Origin: an uncultured delta proteobacterium
GTDB taxonomy: Bacteria > Desulfobacterota > Binatia > UBA9968
Direction: 5' to 3'
DNA length: 64,000 nt
NCBI GenBank assembly: GCA_963737905.1
Contig: CAVTUQ010000028.1
Location: 1 to 64,000, forward strand
A program made the translations under genes and the position numbers. Below are positions 9,664-20,064 of this stretch, one piece after another; position 1 is the stretch's first letter; every line of letters starts with the position of its first letter. The notes beneath the pieces were generated by a model. That model worked only from the letters and a program-made list of their open reading frames with translations. It made no database searches and was not told the origin of the DNA.

Positions 9664-10845
9664 CTAAGTCAACGTTGCATTTATAACAGCCACCATTTTC
9701 TTACACATCGCATCCACGCTGAACACCTCATCGATTCTTCGCCGATTCTCTTCGCCAAGCCGTCTTCTTAGACTGGAATCTAGAGCTAATCTCACAATAG
9801 CATCGGCCAAGCCGTTGACGTCACCGGGAGGCGACAGAAATGGAAACCCATTTACGCCTAAGGCCTCGCGGATTCCAGGTATGTCCGTTCCTGCCACTGC
9901 GAGTCCAGCTGCCATACACTCTAACACTCCGTTTGGGCTGCCCTCAGACTTTGAGCTAAAGACGCCCAGATCCACACAGTCCAGTAAGCCAGCAATATCC
10001 TTAACGTATCCCAACAATCGGACGCGTTCGTGGATCTCCAAATCTCTCGCGAGTTGCTTCAGGCGGCTTTCGGTTGATGGTCCAGGCTGGCCCGCCAGAA
10101 GTAAGATTGCTTTACAACCCACCGCGGAAAGGCTTTCCACAACCGATTTCCAGGCCTTGATGAGTGTGTCATGATCTTTCCTAAAATGTAGGTTGGCAAT
10201 CATACACGCGACGAAGCAATCATCAGCGAGACCAAGGTTGTTTCTCCACTCTTTTTTAGTTGCTGCGGCAGGCCACAACTGGACACCATTGTGAACAATG
10301 CAAATGTTTCTCGGGTCGACACCAAGTTCCTCAACGAGAAACTTGGCGCCATGATCAGAATTTGAAACGAATTTCGGCAACTGGCGAACAGCCCATTCTT
10401 CGGCTCGTCGTTCTTTCCGGTTAATGTTTCCAGCTCGCTGGTTCCAGATACAGGCAGTGGCTCCTGTCCACCGCCAGATTAATCCACAAGCAACGTTTGG
10501 TAACATCGTGTAGGATAAAATAATGTCGGGTCGGCGGTTCCGTAACGCTACGGTGAGTTTCAATAGATTAGTCAGTTTTTTGGGTCTACTCTTTGGCCAA
10601 TCAAACGGAATTAGTTGCCAAGGCACACCTAGCTCATCACACAACGCAGCCCCCTCGCCCGGCTGCGAAAACGCAATCACCTCTACAGCCGCACCATATT
10701 TCCTCATTAGTTTGTGGGCCAGTAAAATAGATTGTCGCTCTGCTCCACCAAGCGTCAAAAACTCGAGCACGATTATTATGCGTTTACCGCCCAAAACAGG
10801 AGCACTAACATCAGCAGAGACAATTTGATCCTGCCGCTTTTCCAA
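9664..10845 (-). CDS. GT4-family glycosyltransferase
   Basis: LTLGGAERQ, VHNGV, KDHDTLI, EGSPNGVLECMAAG (EX7E). Confidence 0.92.
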   Translation of the reverse strand: MEKRQDQIVSADVSAPVLGGKRIIIVLEFLTLGGAERQSILLAHKLMRKYGAAVEVIAFSQPGEGAALCDELGVPWQLIPFDWPKSRPKKLTNLLKLTVALRNRRPDIILSYTMLPNVACGLIWRWTGATACIWNQRAGNINRKERRAEEWAVRQLPKFVSNSDHGAKFLVEELGVDPRNICIVHNGVQLWPAAATKKEWRNNLGLADDCFVACMIANLHFRKDHDTLIKAWKSVVESLSAVGCKAILLLAGQPGPSTESRLKQLARDLEIHERVRLLGYVKDIAGLLDCVDLGVFSSKSEGSPNGVLECMAAGLAVAGTDIPGIREALGVNGFPFLSPPGDVNGLADAIVRLALDSSLRRRLGEENRRRIDEVFSVDAMCKKMVAVINATLT

Positions 10846-10990
10846 CCAACACTATCCCAAATCAGTTTCTAATTAACGGTCATTATTTGCATCTAATTTT
10901 CAATGACAGAGGTCGCGAATCGTAAGAAACCAGGACAGGGTTTGACTCCTTCGGCCAAGGGTTGCTTTCACGCAACAGACGAATGGTCCA

Positions 10991-11923
10991 TTAACTTCCG
11001 TGATTAGGCCAAAACCATCCATCAACACAGGCCATTACAGTGCCGTTATCCAAGACATGGGGATCAATGTGGTGCATACCGTCAGCGTTCCATCCAGAAT
11101 TTGATCCACAAAGAATAGGGCTAGATAATACCTCTTCTTCAACATAATCTGACGTCGTCAAATGACTGATTTTGAAAGCTCTCACTCTCATGCCGTAATC
11201 AGGCACACAATCCTGAGCGTAACGGTAGATTTCTCCCCGATGCTGCACAATCCGCCCAGCCGGGCGCGCTCGCGACGGATCGGAAATTATAACCGGACTT
11301 TTAGGGTGATGAGCCCAAGAGCCCATAAGATCGGCAGAATAGTATAAATACAAACTATCTGCTGCATTCGGAGACTTGCCTCCGGCCGTCAACAACCACC
11401 AATAACCTTTACTAAAACAGATAGACGAATCTACGAATTGACAGTTACTCATGAGTTCACGTACCAACTGCCACTTCGTTGGAAATCGTGTTGCCTTATA
11501 CAAGCGAACACTATTCGCCTGACGACTCTCCGGAATCATGTAAACTTCGCCTCCGCATTCAAAGACATACGGATAGGAAAGATGAAACGGCTCGGTAAGT
11601 ACAATCCGACAGTTGCTCCACGAATAGCCGTTCTTACTCTCGGCAACGCCGATTTCTCCCCGACCGGTGTATCCGCTTACTACCTCCATGAACATGTACC
11701 AATTGGCGTCGCGCCTAACCATAAATGGGTCGGCGACAAGAGCTGCCTTTACACCCGCAAAAGATCGGCGCGTTACAACTGGATTGGCTATAGTTGGCGA
11801 CGACTCAAACGCCGTTGGCGTACTACCTAAATAAATAGCAATCGACCACTCTCTTTCCGCCTTCCACCTTACGGGCCGAGGGAACAAATGTCGAGCAACA
11901 GTTTTTACGGAAAGCGGGATCAC
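10991..11923 (-). CDS. Beta-propeller protein (GH43/32-like; similar to the N-terminal domain of glucosamine inositolphosphorylceramide transferase GINT1)
   Basis: ADPFM..WYMFMEV, GEIGVAES, FHLSYPYVF..YMIPES, RPAG, QDC..YG, MHHID. Confidence 0.75.
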   Translation of the reverse strand: MIPLSVKTVARHLFPRPVRWKAEREWSIAIYLGSTPTAFESSPTIANPVVTRRSFAGVKAALVADPFMVRRDANWYMFMEVVSGYTGRGEIGVAESKNGYSWSNCRIVLTEPFHLSYPYVFECGGEVYMIPESRQANSVRLYKATRFPTKWQLVRELMSNCQFVDSSICFSKGYWWLLTAGGKSPNAADSLYLYYSADLMGSWAHHPKSPVIISDPSRARPAGRIVQHRGEIYRYAQDCVPDYGMRVRAFKISHLTTSDYVEEEVLSSPILCGSNSGWNADGMHHIDPHVLDNGTVMACVDGWFWPNHGS

Positions 11924-11973
11924 TTTATCCGTTTATTTCTCTACGAGCCAAGGATTGCACAACGGCTGGACAA

Positions 11974-13701
11974 TTAGACTGCTTTAACGTCATACCTTGC
12001 ATTGGAAAAGTTACGCGCCAAGGCAGCTTCAAGCGCCTCCAAGGTAGTAGGATGATAAGTGCAGGTGCTTTCCGGATAGAACCGATGATGGTGATAACGA
12101 TACCACTCTCCCGGCTGTATTTTTAAAGCCCGTATCTGCTGCTCAAGGTGGACGCCTCGGTCTGCCGCTAAAACACTTAGGTTTAGCTCATCGCAAATGC
12201 GATAGGTTGCCTCGTTAGTCCGGTTGAATGGAGCGATAAAATATCTCACCAGCTTCCCCGGAAACAGTTTCCCGAGCATTTCGAGGCCAAGAACGATTTC
12301 CCATCTCTGTTCATCTTCTGTCATTTTGGAATAATCTGTGTGATACAAACCGTGCAGAGCGATTTCATCAGGAGAATTTGCAAGAAAGTTGACGAGATCC
12401 ACGCGTTCTGCAATCGGAAACGGCGTTGACAACTCTCGAATTTTTGCATTTGGAAGTAATGACAAATTTGGCAACCCGTCGTATTCAACTCCACCCGCAT
12501 TATACTTGAAGAAAGCGCAGGTCCGTCCAAAAAGGGTTACACCATGCACCTGTGTTAAATTGTACTTCCAGAATATCCGGCAGAATTCACCAAAGCGATC
12601 GAGCGGCACATCCCAGGACACATCATCGTTGCGAAACTTTGGGGCACGAGTCTTCGCCAACGTTTCAAGAATCGCAGTTTTGAAGTATCCGATGTTGTCT
12701 CCCCATCGTCGCTGATCTCGCATCTGTTGAGCATTCCCTTCCCCCGCCAAACGCACCTGTTCGATGTGTCGCTCGCACCACTCAAATGCTTGACGAAATG
12801 CCTTAGGTGTACGCTCGGGAACAATCAATCCATTTTCTCCTGATCGAACAAGCTCACGGACAATACCTACATCTGTGCAGACAGGGAAACATCCGGTAGC
12901 CATTCCCTCGATGAGAGTCAAAGGCTCTCCTTCGTGGTTTGAAGCCACGGCGATAATATCGACATCATTGTAAAAAGTATTCATCTTCCGATGCGGGAGA
13001 TCCCCCGGCGCCACCAAAAGTTTGAATCGTCCATCGCACGCCGGCTGTAAAACATCCCTCAAGCCCTTCACTAAGTCATTGGCATTGCCTGCCCAGCCAA
13101 TCCGCATCGGACCGGTGCGTTGTTTTTTTAACCAAAATCGCTTTGCATCAATACCATTTGGGGTGTGATACACCCTCGGATGTAAACCTTTAATCGAGTC
13201 TCGCAGTCGTAATGAAGTACACGTTATCGCCGCCGTGTCCCTGAGGTATTTGCGTACAAAAGCCTCGCTATCACACGGCCCGTAAGGACGATCATACTGC
13301 CAGCGATGGCTAGAGACCTCCTTGATTACGCGGTCAGGGCCAATACCGAGTTTCTTGTAGACTTTATCTCCCCAAAAAAACACATAGACTAAATCGTAGG
13401 CTCCACTCGGAAACTCTGGAGACTCTTCGGTATAAGCGATTTTGCATTTTAGCTCTCTACGAAGTAGTCGGGCCATTGTTCTCGCGGAATTGTCAAAAGC
13501 ACCTCCGCGATTATCGACCAGCAATAACAGACGTGGCTTCCGGCAGACCTTGATTACGCTCAGGGAGAACCTTATCTTCTTTAGAATTTTCGCTCTCTCT
13601 GACAACACGTCACACTGAATATAGCGAACCCGGTCGCGGAGACTTGGGGGTAATAGTCTTCGGATGGTCAAGAGTATTGACACCCGACCAACTTCGTCCA
13701 T
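11974..13701 (-). CDS. GT4 glycosyltransferase fused to a C-terminal polysaccharide deacetylase (NodB/CE4-like) domain
   Basis: PNGID, IGWAGN, EGEPLTLIEGMATG, then FRNDD, EIALHGLYH, YFIAPFN. Confidence 0.8.
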   Translation of the reverse strand: MDEVGRVSILLTIRRLLPPSLRDRVRYIQCDVLSERAKILKKIRFSLSVIKVCRKPRLLLLVDNRGGAFDNSARTMARLLRRELKCKIAYTEESPEFPSGAYDLVYVFFWGDKVYKKLGIGPDRVIKEVSSHRWQYDRPYGPCDSEAFVRKYLRDTAAITCTSLRLRDSIKGLHPRVYHTPNGIDAKRFWLKKQRTGPMRIGWAGNANDLVKGLRDVLQPACDGRFKLLVAPGDLPHRKMNTFYNDVDIIAVASNHEGEPLTLIEGMATGCFPVCTDVGIVRELVRSGENGLIVPERTPKAFRQAFEWCERHIEQVRLAGEGNAQQMRDQRRWGDNIGYFKTAILETLAKTRAPKFRNDDVSWDVPLDRFGEFCRIFWKYNLTQVHGVTLFGRTCAFFKYNAGGVEYDGLPNLSLLPNAKIRELSTPFPIAERVDLVNFLANSPDEIALHGLYHTDYSKMTEDEQRWEIVLGLEMLGKLFPGKLVRYFIAPFNRTNEATYRICDELNLSVLAADRGVHLEQQIRALKIQPGEWYRYHHHRFYPESTCTYHPTTLEALEAALARNFSNARYDVKAV

Positions 13702-13729
13702 GGAAATTTAGTAGAGTCCTGATCGCCGA

Positions 13730-14986
13730 TTACTGTAGACGGCAAGGCCTTGGATCGACCGCTAAGAAATCATCTTTCTTGAATGTTTGGATTAGCCGAT
13801 CAGTTGCTTTGCCCCAAGAAAACCATTCCTCGGCAAGGCGGATTGCGCCCCTGCCCAATCGTTCCCTTAGGTCAGCGTTTACCAACAATAATTCAATAGC
13901 AGTTGCCAAACGGGTGGAATTTCTGGGCGGACAAAAAAGGACGTTTTCTTGATCCAAAAGTGAATCGTCACCCTGCTCAGGCCTCGTGGTGATAATCGGA
14001 AGACCATGTATTGCCGCAACACCAATGGAGCCGTGAGCCAGATATGCCCCGTAATCAAAAGGCAACGCACAAATGTCCGCTGCGCGCAGATACAGCGAGG
14101 CTTCCTCGCTATCCCAGCGATATCCCCCAGTCCATCGAATCGAGTCCTCGACCCCCAATCGGATGCACATTTTCTGCAAATCCCGCCGATATTTCACTCC
14201 GTCACTCATTGGGTCGTCGACAGTCCCACCCACCAAAATCAGCGATAGCACATGCCCGCGCAACCTGAGAATCTGCAACGCCTGCAAAAGAACTTCTATC
14301 CCCTTGCTTGGACGAATATATCCAAAATAGGCGACCACAAATTCCTTTGAATTCAGCCTTAACATTTCGCGTCCACGTTTGCGCGCTAACCCATTTTCTG
14401 CCCGTGATAGAACCAAACTTGGTGGTGGTGGAATTAGAAAACACTTTTGTTCAAGTCGCGGGAAACGATTAATAAGAGCTACCTTGTCCCGAACGCTTCC
14501 GACCACGACGTGATCGCTGTCACGCAATAACGTGCCAAAATTATAGTCGACTTCGTGGGTGCCCGCCCATAACGTCACACCTTTTCTCAAGCCTCGTTCC
14601 GCAAATCCACAGCGTTGAGGTTCGGAGCCATCAGCGTCATGAAAAATAGTAACAACAATTCCATTCTGGAAAAGCACCTTAAAGAATGTCGGTCCAAAGG
14701 TAACCATTGGATGATAGTTGTAAATAAAGGACACGTAGTTGACTAGGATGACATCCGGAGCAAATCGCTTCAGACATTTTGAGAATCGCGGGAAGTCCCA
14801 CCACGACCAATCCCGCATTGTAGCATGGACCTTGAATGAAAAATTACCAGCCGATGAGCTTTCAATCGTGCTTAGAACTTCTGTCTCAATTCCTCGAGCG
14901 ACCAAATTGGTGCACAGATGCAGAGCATAGTCTGCTTCCGCAACTTTCCGTGGTGGAAATGCACCAGAAATTACAAGAATTTTCAC
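13730..14986 (-). CDS. GT4-family glycosyltransferase
   Basis: ILVISGAFPP, AYFGYIRPSKGIEVLL, LRAADICALPF; paralog of the next gene. Confidence 0.88.
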   Translation of the reverse strand: MKILVISGAFPPRKVAEADYALHLCTNLVARGIETEVLSTIESSSAGNFSFKVHATMRDWSWWDFPRFSKCLKRFAPDVILVNYVSFIYNYHPMVTFGPTFFKVLFQNGIVVTIFHDADGSEPQRCGFAERGLRKGVTLWAGTHEVDYNFGTLLRDSDHVVVGSVRDKVALINRFPRLEQKCFLIPPPPSLVLSRAENGLARKRGREMLRLNSKEFVVAYFGYIRPSKGIEVLLQALQILRLRGHVLSLILVGGTVDDPMSDGVKYRRDLQKMCIRLGVEDSIRWTGGYRWDSEEASLYLRAADICALPFDYGAYLAHGSIGVAAIHGLPIITTRPEQGDDSLLDQENVLFCPPRNSTRLATAIELLLVNADLRERLGRGAIRLAEEWFSWGKATDRLIQTFKKDDFLAVDPRPCRLQ

Positions 14987-15046
14987 TAGCAGATCAAATA
15001 TATTACTTTGCTTCTCGACTACACAAAGAATTCATCTTACTGATGT

Positions 15047-16291
15047 TTATGACGGTGCCGGATGACAGGATGCTTTCGATAACGCTCGCCACGTCTTATC
15101 GATAGCCTTATCCCAAGAGAACCATTCGTCGGCTAACGATGATGCTCCTTGGCTCAGGCGACGTTTCAATTCTGGATTGCTCGCTACCAAGTCAATTGCA
15201 GCGGCAAGGGATTTAGGATCTTTGGGAGGGCAGAGCAAAACGTTGTCGCCATCTTTAAACGCGGCCTCCAAGGTTTTCCCTCTCGTGGTAATTATGGGTA
15301 AATCATGAGCCGCAGCAGCAGCGACGGAGCTTCTAATTAATCCCACTCCGAAATCAAAGGGTAAAACGCAAATATCGGCTGCCCTTAGGAAAAGCGACCC
15401 TTCCTGGCTGTTCGACTCATAATCTCGCCAAATGACGTAACGCTCGATCCCAAGTTGCTTACAAAGATTGTCTAACATCTCCGAATAGGAGCCGGTTCCG
15501 TCTATTTGTGACTTATCGCGCCCGCCGATTACCACAAGACGGGCGTCATTTCGGTGGGCGGTGACAATATGAAAGGCACGTAAGAGCGTCTCGACCCCTT
15601 TGTCCGGGTACACAAAACCGAAGTAGGCGATCAACAAATTGCTCGATCCGGCATCGAGGAGTTCACGTCCGCGCCGCCGGGAAACACCATCGTCGGTGTC
15701 GGACATGAATAGTATGGGCGGCGGTGGAATTAGTAACGTTTTCTCCCTAACCGTGCCCAAACGTTCAATCATTTCGGATCGTTGAATCTCACTCAACAGG
15801 ATGACAGCATTACTGTCTCGCAGTAGTGTTCCAAAATTCCAATCCACGTTTTTCTTTCGAGCAAGATAAAACATTGCTTTCCGCACTATTCGACCTTTTA
15901 GGGACAACTCCTCGGGTCGAGGGCCCTCCCCAAGCCCAAACTGTGTAACGAAGGAACAGTCTGGCAGCAGTAATTTTGCTAACGTCGGTGCAAATGTAAT
16001 CATCGGGTGACGATTGTATAACCATCCTGTGTACTTCAAAAGAATTGCATTTGGAGAATACGTTCTTATGATGCTAATGAAACGGGGCAGGTCCGACCAA
16101 GACCAATCTCGCATACTGCAGTCGACGGTAAAACCTGAGCTCTTGATCGCTCCGTTACGTTGGCTCGTCAGAACGAGGACCTCTGCCCCACGTTCCCCCA
16201 AACGTTTCGAAAGATGAAACATGTGTTCCGCTTCTCCAGCCGGAAACGGTGGAAAGGCGGCGGAGATAATCAGTACTTTCATCGCAAACAT
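15047..16291 (-). CDS. GT4-family glycosyltransferase
   Basis: VLIISAAFPP, AYFGFVYPDKGVETLL, LRAADICVLPF. Confidence 0.88.
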   Translation of the reverse strand: MFAMKVLIISAAFPPFPAGEAEHMFHLSKRLGERGAEVLVLTSQRNGAIKSSGFTVDCSMRDWSWSDLPRFISIIRTYSPNAILLKYTGWLYNRHPMITFAPTLAKLLLPDCSFVTQFGLGEGPRPEELSLKGRIVRKAMFYLARKKNVDWNFGTLLRDSNAVILLSEIQRSEMIERLGTVREKTLLIPPPPILFMSDTDDGVSRRRGRELLDAGSSNLLIAYFGFVYPDKGVETLLRAFHIVTAHRNDARLVVIGGRDKSQIDGTGSYSEMLDNLCKQLGIERYVIWRDYESNSQEGSLFLRAADICVLPFDFGVGLIRSSVAAAAAHDLPIITTRGKTLEAAFKDGDNVLLCPPKDPKSLAAAIDLVASNPELKRRLSQGASSLADEWFSWDKAIDKTWRALSKASCHPAPS

Positions 16292-16325
16292 CGACCCGGC
16301 ACGCCGGGGTCAATTAAGCCATACG

Positions 16326-17354
16326 CTAGTGCTTTAATACTCGTGCAGCTGACGACTCACGGGCTGGCGTCTGTTTGGTAGCGAAACCTGTAAGTCTATT
16401 TTCATGATCACTGGCCCACCAAAGAAACATTTTTGGCCTTTCCTTTCCATGCTTTGCAGGATAGCGCGTAATAAAGGGCTCAATCCAGAGTGTAAAATGC
16501 GCACATATGACTCTGAGCCGGCTAGAAGGGATATGTTTAACGAGCCACCATAGTAGAGTGCCCGAAACTGTTGTAGAGAGGGGCCAACGCCAAAACTTAT
16601 AGGGCCAGCCTATGTCAATTATACTGTCACTCTTGTTCGGAACATAGAAATAATCCGCATACTCCTGCCGAAACTGTAATTGATCTCGATCATACTGATC
16701 GTCGCCGATCCGGCTTTGCCCCATTCTTTTCGTTAATTGGTCGACGTGAATTACCTTCGTTCCGCCAACTAGCACGACGCGAAAACCGCGGTTGCGAATA
16801 TTGATTAGAAGAATGGGATCGTAGTATCCACCCTTATATTTCTCGGTTACCCCTCCAATACTCTCCAACACGGATCGCTTGAACAAAATTAGATTGAGTA
16901 AAATAAAGGAAGGCTCACACGTCTGCTCCAATATCTTAAAAAACCGCCAATTTTGCAGTCGCCAATCACCTTCGCTGAGGTAAGGAAACACGCAGCCGAT
17001 GTCTGGTTCTTGGAGATAGGAAACCAATTTGGTCAAAGTGTCATAGTCGTAAGGTAAAATATCGTTCGCCATAAGACCAACAAAGGGTTCCGAAAGCGAC
17101 CGCCATCCTAAATTATAGGCCTCGGGTATAGAGAGTTCTTTTCCTGCGTGCAAATATTGTACGCCGAGTTTCGAACACGTGTTTATAATACCTTCATCTG
17201 TACAGGGGCTTCCATCCACTAGAACGACAGTTCCAACAGATGGATTTTGGGTGAGCATTACCAATCCAAGTTCTGTGGTTAGGGTAAGAGCATTGAGCCT
17301 GTCACTTGGTTGTGATTTCCTGAAATAGTTTACGACTATACCGACCTTTTCCAT
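16326..17354 (-). CDS. GT2-like glycosyltransferase
   Basis: VGIVVNYF, LVDGS, AYNLG, MAND, IGGVTEKY. Confidence 0.7.
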   Translation of the reverse strand: MEKVGIVVNYFRKSQPSDRLNALTLTTELGLVMLTQNPSVGTVVLVDGSPCTDEGIINTCSKLGVQYLHAGKELSIPEAYNLGWRSLSEPFVGLMANDILPYDYDTLTKLVSYLQEPDIGCVFPYLSEGDWRLQNWRFFKILEQTCEPSFILLNLILFKRSVLESIGGVTEKYKGGYYDPILLINIRNRGFRVVLVGGTKVIHVDQLTKRMGQSRIGDDQYDRDQLQFRQEYADYFYVPNKSDSIIDIGWPYKFWRWPLSTTVSGTLLWWLVKHIPSSRLRVICAHFTLWIEPFITRYPAKHGKERPKMFLWWASDHENRLTGFATKQTPARESSAARVLKH

Positions 17355-17437
17355 CTGGGCTCCTCAACCATAGGTAGCTACTATGAAATTCTATTGACGA
17401 ATCGCATGAGGATGATAAGAAGACCGATCGACTCTAA

Positions 17438-18442
17438 CTAGATGGCAATGCCACTGGATAGGCTTGAACTGGTCTCCAGACCCGACCTAAGCCGAACCTG
17501 TTGCTCTATCCAAGCATATGTGCGCCTCAGTCCTACTTCGAGTGAAATTTCAGGTTCCCAAGCAAGCACCTTTCTAAGGCGAGTGTTATCGGAATTACGA
17601 CCCCTTACTCCTTGGGGTCCCAATACATGTTTCTTCAATATACGAACACCGGCAATATCTGCGATTGTGTCTGCCAATTCATTGATGCTGATGAGACGGT
17701 CTTGCCCCAAATTGAGCGGATGTGAATAGTCAGATTGCATGAGCTTATATATCCCCTTCACGCAATCGTCTATGTAACAAAATGAACGTGTCTGTTCTCC
17801 ATCGCCCCATATCTCCACGTCGGGATTCCCCGTGAGTTTCGCACTAGCAATCTTGCGACAAAGCGCCGCAGGAACCTTCTCACGACCGCCACCCCAAGTG
17901 CCAAGTGGACCGAAAATGTTGTGAAATCTAACAATACGCGTTGGCATACCATAATCCTCTCGATAATGAAGACATAGCCGTTCACTTATCAGTTTCTCCC
18001 ATCCGTACGCATCTTGGGGCTCCGCCGGATAAGTATCTTCTTCCTTCAGCGGTGTAACGTCGGCATTCATTTGTTTACCCTCCGGATAGACACATGCTGA
18101 GGATGTATACAAGTAACGGGAAGCACCATTTATACGCGCTGCTTCTAACGTGTGAATGTTAATCAATGAGTTGTTATGTAGAATTTGACCGTGATTAGCA
18201 GAGATAAATCCCATCCCCCCCATATCCGCCGCTAGTGCATAGACGTCATCAACTTCCCGTGTGGCTTCGAGGCAAGCCTCCCAACGGCGGAGATCGAGAA
18301 GCACGAATTCATCCGCATCACTCGCGCAATACTCCGGATACTTTAAGTCGGCTCCACGTACCCAATATCCAGCCCTTTTAAGATACGACACCAAATGATG
18401 ACCGATAAAGCCACCGGCGCCTGTAACAAGAGTTTTTCTCAT
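17438..18442 (-). CDS. GDP-mannose 3',5'-epimerase-like NAD-dependent epimerase
   Basis: TGAGGFIG, LAADMGGMGFI, SSACVYP, PAEPQDAYGWEK, RFHNIFGP.GTW.GGREK.PAA.CRK are GME signatures; ATG 18442 with AGGAAAGGA RBS. Confidence 0.85.
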   Translation of the reverse strand: MRKTLVTGAGGFIGHHLVSYLKRAGYWVRGADLKYPEYCASDADEFVLLDLRRWEACLEATREVDDVYALAADMGGMGFISANHGQILHNNSLINIHTLEAARINGASRYLYTSSACVYPEGKQMNADVTPLKEEDTYPAEPQDAYGWEKLISERLCLHYREDYGMPTRIVRFHNIFGPLGTWGGGREKVPAALCRKIASAKLTGNPDVEIWGDGEQTRSFCYIDDCVKGIYKLMQSDYSHPLNLGQDRLISINELADTIADIAGVRILKKHVLGPQGVRGRNSDNTRLRKVLAWEPEISLEVGLRRTYAWIEQQVRLRSGLETSSSLSSGIAI

Positions 18443-18644
18443 AATGTCCTTTCCTATGAATGAGGTATTTCGGTTGCCTTGTGTCAAATGTAAATAGATC
18501 TAGATACGCGAATGGCCTAATTTCCACAACGCCGGGATGAGATTTCCGAGAACACCTTTTTTAGTAACGCTTAGACGTGCTTACCGATGTTATCCGAAAC
18601 ACCTCGACTCGAAGCACTGCCACTTAGGAGTTAGATTAAGAGAT

Positions 18645-19961
18645 CTACGCTGAAACAGATCTGACGTTGTGAGAATCTCCGCCAACCCCGCGAGATGTTT
18701 CCCACCTTATCAAAGGGCTAACTACACCCTTTCTACCGTCCGAAGCTAACGAACCTGACGCCAACACATCGAAGACGACCGCTTGCTCTATCAATTCATA
18801 AGTCTTCCTGTATGGCCAATGAGCTTCTAGGAAAAGAAAGTATCGTCCAGGAGCCAAAAGGTTATTGGGAATAGTGAACGTTGCCCGGTAACATCCTGGC
18901 CCTCTGGGCGGACCCGCAATCCCAGAGTAGTCGACATCGACGGTGCTGAAGATCGCCGCCCCAGAACTATCAGAAATGCAAGCACAGATTTCAAATGCCG
19001 GCAAGGAACGATAGACAGCATACCCCAAAGTCACTACGATAGAATCGTTTCCTTGAAAGACCGTACTAATTTGCCCATCAGCTCTAGTGACTCGAATATT
19101 CAAGAAACCAAATTCCTCAGAGTCTTTCATCGAGGGTGATCTATTCCACTCGGCGATAGTCGTGACATTGTGTGCTTGATAAGCACTCAAGGCGCCGCCA
19201 ACAGGACCGTCCAGCGCAATCTGACCACCGTCCATCCAAATTACTCGCTTGCACAGCTTACTTACCGCACCCACATTGTGGCTAACGAAAATTACTGTCC
19301 GACCTGTATTTGCAACCGATCCCATTTTACCCAAGCACTTCTTTTGGAATTCTGCATCCCCAACTGCAAGCACTTCATCAATAATCATTGTTTCTAAATC
19401 TAGGTGAGCTGCAACGGCGAATGCAAGACGAACGTACATACCACTTGAGTAACGTTTGACTGGGGTATCAAGAAACTTATCAATCTCAGAAAATGCCACG
19501 ATTTCATCAAATTTTCGTTGGATTTCATCCTTTCGCATTCCCAGGATAGTTCCATTGAGATAAATGTTCTCTCGCCCACTCAACTCGGGATGAAATCCCG
19601 TACCCACTTCCAGGAGTGAACCAATCCGTCCGAAAATTTCGACTCGGCCTTCCGTTGGTTTAGTGATACGCGATAGGATCTTTAAGAGCGTGCTCTTGCC
19701 AGCCCCATTTTTGCCGACTATTCCTACAACCTCCCCTGGTTTTACGATGAACGACACATCCTTGAGCGCCCATAGAGTCTCAGATGCTGAGGACTTTTGA
19801 GATACGAGACGATGTTCCTCAATAAGACAACGGCCATTTCGAGTAAATATCGCCTTGAGACTATCCGTGATTTGATCGCGCAACGTGTCGTGGGCATTCC
19901 GTAAAACACCGATTTTGTATCGTTTAGACAGATGGTCGACTCTTATCGCAATATCACTCAT
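18645..19961 (-). CDS. wzt: Polysaccharide ABC transporter ATP-binding protein with C-terminal Wzt_C domain
   Basis: WALKDVSF, GKNGAGKST, LEVGTGFHPELSGREN, YSSGMYVRLAF, DEVLAVGD, VSH; beta-rich C-terminal extension. Confidence 0.92.
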   Translation of the reverse strand: MSDIAIRVDHLSKRYKIGVLRNAHDTLRDQITDSLKAIFTRNGRCLIEEHRLVSQKSSASETLWALKDVSFIVKPGEVVGIVGKNGAGKSTLLKILSRITKPTEGRVEIFGRIGSLLEVGTGFHPELSGRENIYLNGTILGMRKDEIQRKFDEIVAFSEIDKFLDTPVKRYSSGMYVRLAFAVAAHLDLETMIIDEVLAVGDAEFQKKCLGKMGSVANTGRTVIFVSHNVGAVSKLCKRVIWMDGGQIALDGPVGGALSAYQAHNVTTIAEWNRSPSMKDSEEFGFLNIRVTRADGQISTVFQGNDSIVVTLGYAVYRSLPAFEICACISDSSGAAIFSTVDVDYSGIAGPPRGPGCYRATFTIPNNLLAPGRYFLFLEAHWPYRKTYELIEQAVVFDVLASGSLASDGRKGVVSPLIRWETSRGVGGDSHNVRSVSA

Positions 19962-20064
19962 AAGATTCGATGACCGGATTAGGATCTGAGGTCTCTAAAT
20001 TTTCCTGATTAACTTAACGCCGACTCTGGAGGCCGTACTCTCAACCGTCTGCCCTCATGCCGTC

